DNA of 64,000 bases from Bugula neritina (taxonomy: Eukaryota; Animalia; Bryozoa). The DNA lies in contig OZ037767.1 of NCBI GenBank assembly GCA_964035545.1, positions 13,811,801-13,875,800 of the forward strand, given 5' to 3'. Each line of letters opens with the position of its first letter. The first letter of the stretch is position 1. Positions 1 through 13,700 of this stretch are shown in pieces. The notes under the pieces were generated by a model. The model saw only the letters and a program-made list of their open reading frames with translations. It made no database searches and was not told the origin of the DNA. Position numbers and translations under genes: made by a program.

Positions 1-64
1 GAAACGAGTAAATCTGACGTAGAGAACATTGATAGTCTGCATAAGTCATTTCTCAATCTTCAAG
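1..64 (+). CDS. Partial coding exon (ETSKSDVENIDSLHKSFLNLQ) of a gene entering from upstream
   Basis: Open frame 1 ending at a strong donor CAAG|GTAAGC (phase 1). In frame with the exon at 1206. Confidence 0.65.
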
Positions 65-346
65 GTAAGCAATTTCACTAACTCTGAATTTGATTCAATA
101 TTGATTTTATGATTCCTTAGTTAGTTTGGGTATAATATAGGGTTTGAGGTATTTTGAACTATAAAATGTAGCTGATCATGTATCAGTATTATTTATACAT
201 GATCAGTATGAATATTACTTCCTTGTCATAAAATGAAGTCATTGCGTTGTCTCTAGAATCTAAAGTCTTGTGCTCTACATGCAGGGATCCCTTAGCCAAA
301 CACTTCCATCTTATGACAAATACTGAAATGGATTATATGATGAAAT

Positions 347-410
347 GTATATATATATGTGTGTGTGTGTGTGCGTGTGCGTGTGCGTGCGCGTGCGCAT
401 GTGCGTGTAT
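347..410. repeat. Compound (TA)n(TG)n(CG) alternating purine-pyrimidine tract
   Basis: Direct inspection. Confidence 0.9.
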
Positions 411-1205
411 AAAATATACACTATAAGCATAGAAACAGCATTAAAGTAGAAACACGTAGAATTAAAAGCAAGTAAAGGCAATATAGACTTAACAACAAAT
501 AGCAACAGCGAAAAAGTAAAAACAACTTATAGAGAAGATAAAATAAAAACAATTAGCAACAGCAGCATAAAAGTGAAAAGAAATAGAAAAGGTAAAAGTA
601 GAAACGCCAACCATTAGTTTTTTAGTTAATTTCAGTAGTTGACAGTCTTATGGCAAACTAGCAGATTCGAATTAATTTACACACTCTAAACTGAATTTAG
701 ATCAATACCTGTTTTATCTTCAGCTTGCCCAACCCATTCTATAGCACTTGACATCGAAGCTAGCTCATTTGATTTCTATTACCATAATACTATTCTATAG
801 ATGATTTGCAGTTCCTAAACAGCTATACACTGTCCAGCTAATAGCTAAATGTTTATGTTTCCGTTGCTCCAAATAAATCCATATACCTGTGCTCTGGCTG
901 CACTTAGGATGCATCTGTGGTTCTGGTTTGCATCAACTTATGGTTATGGCTTCATTCGATGCAACTGTTCTCAAATATCGAATGAAAAATTTATTTGCAT
1001 GATGCGGAGCAATGGAATCACAGTGATAATGGAATTTATTTGTATTAGTATAAATATTTTTTTTACTTTTTCTTCTAAGAAAATGTTTTGCTTGCAGAAT
1101 TGCTTTAAAATAATAGCATTTTTGTTAGCTATTGTATTTTTGTTTTATAAGGTTTGAAGTTTTATGTTTTATTGTCATTTTAAACTTTTCATTGAAATAT
1201 TTTAG

Positions 1206-1687
1206 AGCATGAACACCTTCATGAGAGTCCTTTTCACAAGTTGTCAGCTAAAATTAAGCATCACCACAATAGACACTTGCACCATCATCACCATGGTAAT
1301 CACAATGGCACCCAGCATGGCTTTCAGCATAACAACCACCATAGCAACCGCCATAGCAACGATCAAACAAAAGCTCAGACTACCCATTATCAAAATCCGG
1401 TCGTTGACCCAAGTTCTGGCAAACAGCCAGATTCTGACTCGGCTAAGGGAAGGCCAATCTCTGTCTACGACAATGTGGAGGCAAGCAAGGAAGAGAAAGT
1501 AGAAAGAACTGTAGACACTTCGGGCTATGACAATGCCAAGGTCACCCTCTCTCCTCAACTAAACACAGCTAGTCCCAAGTATGATCTGGTAGCAAAGGAA
1601 ATGAGCGCATCGCACGAGTCCAACCAATCGGAAAGAATATACGCTGAAGTTGTTGACGTAGCCGATTCAAGAACTGAGACTGGTTAG
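1206..1687 (+). CDS. His-rich, Tyr-motif-rich coding exon; either an upstream exon of the PEAK-like gene (donor at 1682) or the terminal exon of a separate gene (TAG 1685-1687)
   Basis: Acceptor TTTAG|AG at 1205, phase 1 matching exon 1-64. Encodes EHEHLHESPFHKLSAKIKHHHNRHLHHHHH...VYDNV...GYDNA...ERIYAEV. GC-richer than its flanks. Confidence 0.7.
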
Positions 1688-4092
1688 CATTGATGTCTCT
1701 TGATGTTGTGTATAATATTATGTGCAGTAGCATTGATCTCTCACACTGGCTATGTAATGTGTTGTGACAATCATTTCTATATAGCAGCTTTCTGTGTTAA
1801 AGTCAGCAGCTAAGTAGATGTAGGAAATGTAGTCTAACAAATAGTTATGCCTACTCAGTCATGTTGTCCACATGTTGTCAAACCTTTTATATTTTATTTG
1901 CTTTGTGCAAATATTTTGCTGCATTCCATGTCAACTTTAAAACACTGCAGGAATTAGAAAAACATTTATTATACTAAGTAATACTATACTTGCTGTATGT
2001 TACTATACAGTATCAGTGCAATTAATAATTCGCTCACAATGATATTGGTTATGCTTAAATAAATAAACCTGAGATATTTATGTTAAAACAGCTGTTCTAG
2101 TATAATTCAATTCGATCTTATTTATTTTGTATGTTGGAGTAAGTAAATTGCATTCTGGTCACAAACCTGCTATTTTCTGTTATTTCTTACATTGCAGTTT
2201 TATGCATATAAAAGTAGCCATATGTTTATTGTGGTGTCACTTTCGAATATACACCAATTTTATTGGCAGTCATAATCTAAATCATCTATTTTTCTTGGAG
2301 TTGCCCACTTTCTGCAGATGATGTTATTTAATACATATAGCCTGGTAAATGGTTCTTACCTGCCTCTGCAAATAATAATTGGCTATAGTACTAAACTAAA
2401 TATAAGCCATTGATGTTATCATAAGTAAGAAAAGGCTATTAAGTTAAGCACATTCACACCTATTTGTTATTATTATGGTTAACTCATGACAAATGAAGAT
2501 TGGGCGATTCCAAAACATATTATACTGCATAAAATTTGTAGGCATTTGCATGGTCTTGAAATCTATTCATGCAAAGTTTTACATTGCAAACTAATCAAGT
2601 TGAATAAAAGTACACTACCATCAACAATTATTCTGTGTGAAACAGCGTTGTGCATGTGTGCCTTTCAACTGGGTATCAGCCTGAATTTGTGTTGTAAATT
2701 AAAGCTGAATTATATTTATAAAAAATGTTTACAAATTTCTATGATATTTATTACCTATTATCTTAATTTATCAATGTTTGTTTTACTACTGCAGGTATAA
2801 CTAGATCTTACAGTCTAGTAAATAGAATCAAACTAAACGTTATTTGCTTAATTTCTTACTTTGAAAATTGGAAACCAAATTGCTGCCAACATAAATAGAC
2901 CTGAAATATTAATCAATAAAATGAACGGATATTTTTTTCTATTTCGAGCAAATTATAAGTTTAGAAAAAAACAGTGTATGGTAAATTTCAAATTATATAG
3001 TTCAATTAGCAAAGTTTACTTTTTTATTGTGGAATAATAGTATAGCATGCAGTAGTGGTAGCAGTAGTACTAGTAGTAGCAGCAGCAGCAGCAACAGCAG
3101 CAGCAACAGCAGCGCAGCTTCAGCAGTTCAGTTACTTTTCTATAGTTAATAGATTATATTAATTTGCAATCATCACACTGAAAAGTCCCATGCAAATCTA
3201 CTATTTTTTTACTACACTGCAAGAAAGATTTGAACCACTGACAGCTAGTGCATCAAGTGTCAATTTAGACTGCATGTTGCCTAGTCTGCCAAGTCACAAC
3301 TACTCCTTGCAATATTATAGTGCCTAATTGTAGTCTTTTATTTGGTAGGAAATAATTCAATTTCAATCTATGAGGAGTTGTCTGTCTGCCGTACGGAAGC
3401 TAATCAAGTCGCATCTCAGTCTGAAGCAGGTCAGTCTTTTACTAAGTTATTTAATATGCTTTTATTTCAACCTGTTTAGGAAATACAACTTTTAAACATT
3501 TGCAAAACATAGGCCAGCCGTTACCATTATGTATTGTAATGTATAGTTGCCTTCTCATGAAATGAGAACATAACTGCTAACTCTCTCCTTTTTGCAGCTA
3601 TAGGTTCAGCCCTAGTCTAACTTGATTGAGTTATTGCTACTTTTCAATGTTCTATATAGAAAAAAAGGCTGCACTGTAAGAAAATTGAACAGAGTGTTAT
3701 GTAATAGAAGTGTGATTGCTATAAGAAAACATATGCTATTGGAATCAATTTATTAGGCTACGTTGTATAATAGATTTAAGTTACTGAAAATTCAATATCC
3801 AATAAAATTTGGTAAGGTTTAAAAAATTAGCAGCTAAGTAAACATAAATTAACGAATATGTAATGCCATTAGCAGTAAATCCAGTGTAATAATAGTATTG
3901 TATTTTCCAGCAGCAGCACAGAAGCTGCCAAGATAATATTATATTATGATTACTATACTATGCAGTCTAATGCATTGTAATATGGTACTGTACATATTGT
4001 ATATTACCGATAACGAAATGTTATACACACCATGCATATATTACTAATAGCTTAATGTTATACTCTACTATAATTTAAACTGATAGTAGAAT

Positions 4093-4190
4093 TGTAGTGT
4101 TGAGATTACCCAGTAGCCCCCATGGTGTAATTGGTTAGCACACTTGCTTGCAAGCCAGAGGTCTGTGGTTCGAATCCCCGTAGGGACAAA
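4093..4190 (+). mobile_element. tRNA-like repeat family A copy
   Basis: Leader TGTAGTGTTGAGATTACCCAGTAGCC, A box TGGTGTAATTGG, B box GGTTCGAATCC; no proper anticodon arm. Confidence 0.75.
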
Positions 4191-5209
4191 AAATTTATAA
4201 AATATGCTGTGCACAACCTGTGTATTACCGATATAGTGAAATGTTATACACACACCATATTATATTGATAGTCAAATGAAAATTTGGAGTTATCTATGCA
4301 TTGATGTAATCTTCACAGGTGCATCAAGATTATTAGTAATTAAACGGATTTAAATTAGCTCCACAAACATGCATAATAATAATTAAAATTACTATAGTTA
4401 TGTAACCATTTGTACGCTGTTGCCTTAGGCTTGGAATCAATTATGAAGTGCATTTAATGCAGGAGGCACCTTAAGTGCTCCTCAGTAGATTGGAAACCTA
4501 AGGCTTGAAATACCGGGGCTAGGAGGTGAAAAAGCCAACTCCTTCAGATTAAATTGATAACTGATTTGATTACGTTCAAGTTATTATTTGCAGATTAGCG
4601 TAAGAAAAAAAAGACACAGTTTGACGTAATCATAATGTTATAGGAAACTCCTTAAAGGATTGCTCAATCTTAGTTTATTACAATCACATTATAATTATGA
4701 ACTATAATCTAATGTGTATACAAACAATTGTGGCTTTGCAAAGGGATATGTGCCTAGAAAACAGCTTTTCAAAATTCCAATTTTGAGGGAGGTAAAATTT
4801 TCAGCCATGAAAAAGAATAGCCTAATACGTGACGTGTGAACGCCAGTAACTATGCTGCACGTGCTAACTATAACGCTAGTATTCAAGGTTGCTGAGCGCA
4901 ACATCAACCAATAATGCTCAAGCAGTTACAGTGCGCTATATAGGTCAGCTTTGGTGGGCCCGTAATATTGCACAATCTGACCTAGTTTAGATCGATCGCA
5001 GGCATTCATCCTAAAGAATGCATGTTTTTGCAAGGCTTTTTTCTATGTTTACAAGCAAAATATAGCCTAATGTTATCACATACATGTTATTTAAATTGTC
5101 AAAAAACTATAGATTGAGATAATTCACATTTGCACTTCTATAAATATACAAATTACAAGCTAAAAGATTACATCTCACAGTCATATTTCTATAGTTATTC
5201 ATTTGTATA

Positions 5210-5443
5210 GTCACGTGACCAGCAAGAATGCTGGCGCTGTTACGTCACATTTCCCAGCTCATTTCAAAATCGGCGTTTTGGCTGTTACCAATCTACACCC
5301 TCAACTTCAACTAACTTTTTCTATCTTTGGTCAAATGCTTTTTGTCAATGCATGCTTAGAAAAACACAATATTATGTGTGTTTGACCTAAATGGCCATTT
5401 ATTAGACAAAATAGAGCAATCCTTTAATTGTTGCCATGGCAAC
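5210..5443. promoter_or_regulatory. Cluster of palindromic TF motifs: GTCACGTGAC (CLEAR/USF E-box), TACGTCA (CRE-like), GTTGCCATGGCAAC (RFX X-box)
   Basis: Perfect palindromes at 5210-5219 and 5430-5443 in a CpG-richer patch about 2.3 kb upstream of ATG 7781. Confidence 0.45.
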
Positions 5444-5974
5444 CCGTACTGTGATAATACTCCAATAGCTTATAATTGGGTAAACTCTAATCCCAAACAT
5501 TCCTGTATTTTTACTATACTATTGAGGTTCAACAAGCGAAAATTGTGAATTATACTTAATTTTATTATTTGCATGGTTTGCTGGTCATAACATTTATATA
5601 TTTGAACTGGCAACATAATAGTTATGGTGGTATAGTAGCTTTTAAAGTAGGTACATAAGTTGCTACCGGTTTTAGCCCAATGTTTCATAAAATGGTGTAT
5701 ATGAGTTTAGCTTAAACTGCAGATATTATATAATCAATGTAACTGGCTAATATTGTGTGTTTTAGTTAAAATCTTGCAAGTGGCATGCAACTAAACTTTT
5801 CCTTTTTACGAAGTTAAATCTACCAAAATTGTCATGTTTCTTTCCTTTTTCTTTCATATGAGTCTATAAGAACGTATATTTGCTATATTATATTAAGCTA
5901 TCTTATTAGTATAATATAAAAAACTTATTTATTGTTTGAACTTTTAATCTCCATCCCTGAGGGAGCCCCAGATA

Positions 5975-6197
5975 GAGAGCAGTCGTGGTCTAAGAGTTAG
6001 AGTATATTTGGCTTAGCAAACACCAAGTCATGGATGAGTTTAAACTTCAGTAAATGCTATTGGTGATGTTAGGAAGAGCATCCAGTCATAATTGCTCCTG
6101 TGCCACATGAATATAAATACTTGGTCTGCTCTAACAAAAATACTTCTCTATGAGGGGGGGGGGTTTACAGGGACTGTGACTATCAACTCGCATGAGA
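5975..6197 (+). mobile_element. SINE family B copy
   Basis: Same head and core (TGGTGATGTTAGGAAGAGCATCCAGTCATAATTGCTCC). Confidence 0.85.
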
Positions 6198-7780
6198 TTT
6201 AGCGAGAGCCCTTGATGATAACAATTTTTTAGCAAGCTAAGAGCTTGTTTCTATTGTGCAATTAAGACTAAATGTTCCTCTAAACACAACCACTGGGATT
6301 TGAACCCATAACATAGCACCGATAGTATCAGATAAAGTACTTATAACAATTTATTTAAAGTTGCTAAAAAGTTTAAGCAAGATGAAGTGAGCCTAGGAAT
6401 TCACAAATGGCATGGCGGCTTATTTAAACATTTTATTGTAACTATTATATACATTTCACATTAAAATGAAATAAATTATATAATATTACATAAGCTATAT
6501 TTGAACTGCTGATAAATAAACTATAAGGTGTACTATAATATAGAAAACATGAAAACACAAATGCTATGTATAACCAGAAAAAAAACACAACTATAATTAT
6601 ACTAATTGTACATAAAATGTTCACAAAATAGAATGCAAAGAAATATGAAATTATATATATTTTTTGGCATCTATATGGCTTAATAAGTCTTGTGTAACTC
6701 TTATTTGTTATTTTAATATTCAAACAACATTTTTGACTCAAGCTGCTGCTCTAGAAGCTTTAAAACTATTGAGAATGCCAGATGCCGTGCGTCTATACTC
6801 TGAAATTAGATTTTGCTGAACAACAGCAAAAAGTCCTACATAATATGTTCCAGCATGGCACTAAATGAACTGTTGTAATAACTTGAAATAGTGCTTAACT
6901 CTGCTATGGGGTGGTTATTCAACATCTGCTACTTTAGTGGCTCTGATAACAGGTAGATCATTGCATGGTTAATAAGCTTTCATAAATTTACCTTATTTTC
7001 AGTACTTATATTATAATACTACTTTCTCAGTATTATAGCATGTGCCTTATGTTTAACTATCTTTCATATGATTAGTAACCAGAGTTTATAACTCGTGCAA
7101 TCTTCTGTTTCTGAAATGAGGGTAAAAAAGGTCAAAGGTGAATCTGATGAATAATTTCATCATTTTGGTGCCTTTAATCTCGATTGATGACTATAATAAG
7201 TAGAAGTCCATAACTGTAATCTTAAATCCATAGCAACGGATTTTCTTTAGCTACTGTTTGAGAATTTCATGAGTAATGCTAATATAGCTATTAAATCAGT
7301 TTGAGTCATTTCGGACCATAGAAACTGAGTGAGTAAAGGTAGTAGTGAGTCAACAATAAAACCTTAGATTAAATTTTGAATAAATGGCTCCCATAGTTCA
7401 CCACAGGAAATAAACAGTTGGAAAGGACTACAGATATAGATAACGTAGAATTATAGTAGATTTGGATTAACTGCTTCCGTTTGTAGAAAGATAAGCTTTA
7501 TTAGATTGTATGAACCAGAAAACTGCTGAAGTGGAGTAGCTACATATGATCGAGTTGATTTATTAATGCTAAGGTTACGGTGTCAAACGTCTTGTTATTG
7601 TCATGCAGAGGCAGGGCATAGTGATCTCATTGAATTGATTGATCACTTCGTGTTCCTGCATTCTACTGAGTACTCTTGCATACTCAGCTAATATTCCCTT
7701 TTACATCGCTAGCCGAGGAAGGGGAGATCCTGCATGTTACACCAGAACACGGTTTACTCTCAGCATCGTCAGCGGTCAGC

Positions 7781-10700
7781 ATGGCAACGTCAGCTACTAG
7801 TCGATCTGCGAACAGAAAATCTTTCTTCAAAACATTTCTTAAGAAAGGTAAGTTAAAATTTTTGCTTATTGTGTATGAATGGTGAATTTATATCTTTTGC
7901 CTTTCACCAAACTTTCAACAAAAGCATTACATGAACTATTATAACAAGAGGCTTATACAGATTTTGGTGAGCCTGAATAATTTTGGATTTTCTGATAGAC
8001 TTAGTTGCAAATTGTATTCCTCAAATCGAATGTTTAAATCAGGAATGTTTTAAAATTAATGCAGTAGAGTGCAAAAGCAAGGCTTACAGGGCTTTTTAAA
8101 AATGTGAAAAACTAAACTAAACTTTCAGTTTTATAACTAATTGGCCGAAGCAGAACTTTTATAGTTTTTTAGATTTTTTTACTTTCCTCATCGTTATTGT
8201 TTCAAAATCTCGAGTTCGAGTCCCAGTGGAGGCAATTATTTTTCAGAACCCATATTAATTGTGCTCATATTAAAGTATTTATAAAGACAAAACTTATTTA
8301 ATAAAGTACTTTCAAATTATTGAGAACTTTACTATCTCAAATTATGTATAACTTAATCCGTTAATTACAATTATACAAGTTTATTAATCAGTTGGATTTG
8401 TAAAAGGTAGTTGTATTTTAAAGTTTGGAAAATGTGCAAGCAAATACTATTCTCTAAAATAGAGTAGTCTGTTTCCATTGCCCTGATGTCGATATGTACA
8501 TGCAAAATTTATAAACATGAATAAATGCTGCCTTAACATATTATATTAAGTGCTTAGGTTTGGGTTTTGACATTGAACTGCTGTGACTACTAGGAAGGAT
8601 AATTCTTTATGCTTAAGTCAAGATTTTGCTAAACACAGTGTTCTGTTCCAGTTTTAAGTGATAAAAAATATACAGACTAGTACCAATAGACTGAATATTT
8701 GTCTGGTCATTTAACAAATTTTTGCCTATAAAACAATTACAATCTCTTCAGCTGTGTTGCTTGCTTCTAATAGATACTACTTTATTATAAAAGTGGCCGT
8801 ATTAATGAACTTAATTTCAACGTCTTAACAATTTGTCTTTCCGGTTGACCAGAAATTCAAGGAAATTATAAATGTCAAACGTTAATACTTTTGACAACAC
8901 TGCACAAGTCAAAGGCTAAAAGCTGTGAAACATAGATCGAGTGACAGAAACGAGCTTTTTTCATAATTTGACTTTGCCATAAACACACTCAATAAAGTAT
9001 GGCTTCACTTAAGTGTACCCATATATGCCTGTACAATATATGAAATGGCATGAAATTTTATTATAGCTATTTCATGTAGGTTTAAACCAAGTATGGTAAA
9101 ACTTCAAAAAATTGAAATTACAGAGGCACTGTTTCGAAGCAAAGTAAGCAATATAAAAAATATTTTTAAGTAAAGTAATGAAATATGTAAGGAAAGTTTG
9201 TCAATAGACGATGCCAGTTGAACATATATCTAAAAAGCATGCTTTTATAAAATAAGTGTTTATTTGTTAGAGTATATTTAAACTCTTACTAAGTCATGAC
9301 TGAATTGGAAAGGTTTAAAGGATTTTACTCAATGAGTTTGTTCTATTAGCAAGTCTTGCTCAAGTTTCCAGGTGCGATTAAGAAACCATCTTATCTCTTC
9401 TATACACGATATTCCCTGATACTGAATAGCGTGACCTGAAAGATATTCTATGTATTAGTTAAAGAGGTATAAATGGAAGGGCAATCAGATAATTATATCG
9501 ATATTAATGCAAAATTCACTTGATCTCCAGCTCCACCCTTGCTTCCTACCCTTCCTACTAAAGCTAAAGCTATGAAAAACAATTAGCAAAATATTTCAAC
9601 TCTTTCATTTTTAGTAACAATCTAAGATTAATCTCGAGCTGCTTTCATACAAAGGCTCATGAAATTCTTTTCTGACTCAGCAATGTACTCTTTCCCATTG
9701 AGTTCACCAGCAAGAAATTGAGTATATACATGATAATATCACCTTCTCACGTACCCAAGCCAACATCTGCTATAAGATTATAATCATAATATATGTAAAG
9801 TCCCAACACGTGACAAGTAGCAAAGAAACAAATAACAGGTTGTTACCCACCAAACCACCATTGTCTTTAGGGACAAACTCCTAACTCTAATGATCCAACC
9901 ACCTACGAGTGTTTTGACCTTATCAGCTTCCAGCTGTAGCCAGAAGCACAAACAAGAAATATATTCAGACATTAAAACCTCATCAGGTAAAGTTAGTAAT
10001 GTTTTAACTCAGATATTAGGTCTTTCTGTGTAGAGATTTGGTGGCGCCTTAAAGAAGTTTTTATTGTACTTTTGCCGCTGCAAATGGTTTGGCAAGGGAA
10101 ATTGCTGAGAGTAATGGACCTTCACAGACTTATGTTTATCTACTCAAGCGACTGTAGTGCAATTTGAAGTTTCTAAAATCAGAGAATGGGTGCTTCTTGG
10201 AAGTCAACTTTTTGTCTCAGAGTTAAAAAGTTGCTTTGATTTAAAAGTGATTAAAATTTATGCCCCAATATTTACAACCAAATTGTGTTAAGAAACATCG
10301 ACTTTTATAGTTAAAAATTAAGCTCCATATTTGCCTTTATAAAAAAAAATTACTTGAGTTCCTTTAAGTGGGCTAATGACTTGCATACTCTTGAGGCAAA
10401 GAAAAATAAGGACTGAATGCCTTTCCTGACATCACCAATGGGCTTTACTAGGAGTCAAACCACTGGCCTTGTGTTTACTAAGCCAGTCTGACATTGAAAT
10501 TTGAAGAAAATTTTGTATAAAATGCATAATTCCAGCTTCATAAAAATGTGTTTAGTATTTTTCTTACAATGAAAACAAATATTTTGGTAGTGGTCTGGTG
10601 GGGTAGACGTCTGGCCAGGAAACCTTAAGACATTTCCAATTCCCACAATGAACATATAAGGACTCTTATAGGTATAGCTTCATTTAAATGATATAGTAAC

Positions 10701-13700
10701 CTTGCGTCTCACCAAAAAACTCCTTTAACCAATCATGCAGATTACCTCTGAGCCAAGCTGAAAAAGTATAAGCTTTGTGTTGATTGTTTCCAGTTTTATA
10801 GACGAAAACAAGCCAGCAATATACACAATATCATGTTTTTAAGAGCGCCGCATGTTAGCTAATTTTTACACCAGTTTAATTATCGGATGCAACTTGCATA
10901 TAAAACATTGCATCTTGATCTCAGTAGTCATATTTGCCCTTTTGAATACAGCAAATATATGTGTTTGTCAATTTTTTACTAACCTTTCTAGAAATAGACA
11001 TGTCCAACTAAAGTAGGCTTTAGGCCGTTTTATTTTATTATATTCAACTAAAAATATAATCTTTTCTAGTATACATGCTGCATGCAATACTATAAGTTGA
11101 ACCTGTATGAAGTTTTTGCTTTAGGAACCAACCCACCATGATAATTGTGGTTAGCTGATTGCTCCCATTATTCTGTATCATTATGTACTATCACATCGCT
11201 TAATTATGAATATTGTAAAAAGAATAATACCATTATAAAGCAATAATATTATTTTAAAACAATGGCCCTCCCAATAACTCTTGGCTTATAATTTTAAAAA
11301 TAGATTAAACTCTTGAGCTTTACAACCCCTTAGGAATTTAGTCCTATGATTGAAACATTTTTTCTTTTTCTTTGCTGTAAGTGCGGTACTCCAGGCTACA
11401 TACTTTACACGTATCCATGGTAACCTCTTTAATGCCCACTCAACAGAAATGATTCAGTAGAGATTCAGTGTTAGTGGAGGCGTGAGATGCTTCATACTCC
11501 TATTATACTTTCAGGGAAAAAGTCAGAAACTATTGGCCACAGTACAGGGCAGAGGTTTGATTCTTTGGTGAGTAAACTCAGAATATTATTCTTATTCGCT
11601 TGTTAGTTTATTCTCTAAGATAGCAAATAAAGTTAGAAGATGAAAATTAGTTAAATAAATGATGTCAAAGTTCTTAAAGTCTGTGTTTAATTCCTTCTAA
11701 TTCATTATAGTTTATCATCAGACCAAAATGTTTTGAACATGAAGAGCTTTGAACAACATCATGGTCTAAATATAGCTAAGAATAGCTAAATATATCTCAC
11801 AACAGTTAGAGAAATAATGTTATATAATAACATATGTTAATTTATGCATAATTACTCTAAATAGCCGGCAGGTTAGATGTCTTGATATGCTAAAACATGT
11901 CATAATATTGTAGACTTGATGGACAAATGCCAATAATTATTGGGCATTTTATTATTCATAAAAATCACTAGCATGTCAGACTTGGTCTTGAGCTATTTCC
12001 TCTGGCATTCTTTTCTTACAGTTCTTGCCAGTTTGTATACATAATTTAAGCCACATGTTGTTTAAGATTGTCATGAGAAAAAGAGAAATACTTGAGTCAC
12101 TATAATTAGTCATTGTATAGTCTTTTTCATATACAGACATTTTCTCACAGCTCGGTTGTATTCTTGTGTTTTTGATGGTAAAATAACCAAAATATGAATA
12201 TTCAGTAACGTTTTGCTAGACAACAGACACAACATGGTTGATTGTCTGTGCTATAAAAATGATGTCAACGAGTTCCCATGTTTTCTTTACTGCACTGTTT
12301 CCTTGTAGATTACATAATATATTTCTTTATTCATTACATTCTCTCCTCTCCAGCTTTACCCTTTTATTAGAGTGAATACATTGTAATATTAGGTTTATGA
12401 TGTGAATATATAAAAGACAAGTTTATCATTTAATATTTTGTAACTTAGTTGCAGATTATATTGATAAAGATATTGTTTGGGGCATATTCTATAACAACAT
12501 TATATTTTATGGCATAAGGTTGATTACTTGAATTAGGCAACTGATTAAAATTTGTATATATAATTAGAGCTTCATTGTTGATCTAAATATATGCATGATT
12601 ATCATATTTTTCTGGTGTTTGACTGAAAATGAAAATATTGCAATCTGCATTGAACTTCAAAATTATCAACTCATAATATATTAATATTCAGAATAATTGC
12701 CGTTGTTTATTGCCATTGCTCTGCGTAATTATATGTTGCATAATCAGGAACCAGTAGAGTTCTTCTAATTTAGATTTTTAAGTATAATGTAGTATAGTAT
12801 ATAGCATATAGTATAGTATAGTGTAGTGTAGTGTATAGAATAGTATAGTATAGCATAGTGTAGTGTAGTGTAGTGTAGTGTAGTGTAGTGTAGTGTAGTG
12901 TAGTGTAGTGTAGTGTAGTGTAGTGTAGTGTAGTGTAGTGTAGTGTAGTGTAGTGTAGTGTGGTGTGGTGTAGTGTATAGCATAGTATAGTATATCATAG
13001 CATAGTATAGTATAGTGTAGTGTAGTGTAGTATATAGCATAGTATTCTATTATATATTATATTGCATTACTTTATGTTATATTATATAATCTTTATTATA
13101 TTATATAATGGTAATTCATATATTATATTTTAACATCATATAATACCATGTCATATATTACATAATATAATATATTATAGTTGATATATTACTCTCTATA
13201 CTATATTATATATAATATCGTATAATACCACATCACATATTCTATAATATGATATTCTATAGATAATGTAATACTCTCTTTAGGAAAAAGGCAGCAAATC
13301 ACTCTCCAATTACATGAAGGACAAACAGACAGTGGTAGATCACTGGGTGATGGAGCAGAATACAGCCAACCGTCTGGAGGTCAGCGGCTGTAAGAGGTCT
13401 CCTTCTCCTGTCACCATAATACACAGTGACGTCATTGCTGAGAAGATTGGCAGCAAGAAGGCAGCCCTGAGTGTGTCAGCTGATCACAGCAGAGGGTCAA
13501 AGGTGAGGGTCAGCGGAGGTCATCATCAGTTTGATTCTAGAATCTTCCGATGCAATCTGAGAATGTAGGCATCCTGAGGATAATAAAAGTAAAAGTTTTA
13601 GGCTTCGATTTGATGTCTTCTGTAAGTCACAATTGTGTGGCAGCAACAAAGAGCAAGCCTTTGGAAAAACTTAAATGTATATCTTCAAATAAAACTTCAC

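Noticed and set aside
1244-1558. Antisense or alternative-frame ORFs over real exons (1209, 1244, 15505, 42124, 46519, 52913, 54114, 55005, 61823)
   Set aside because: Shadows of GC-richer coding exons; no independent motifs.
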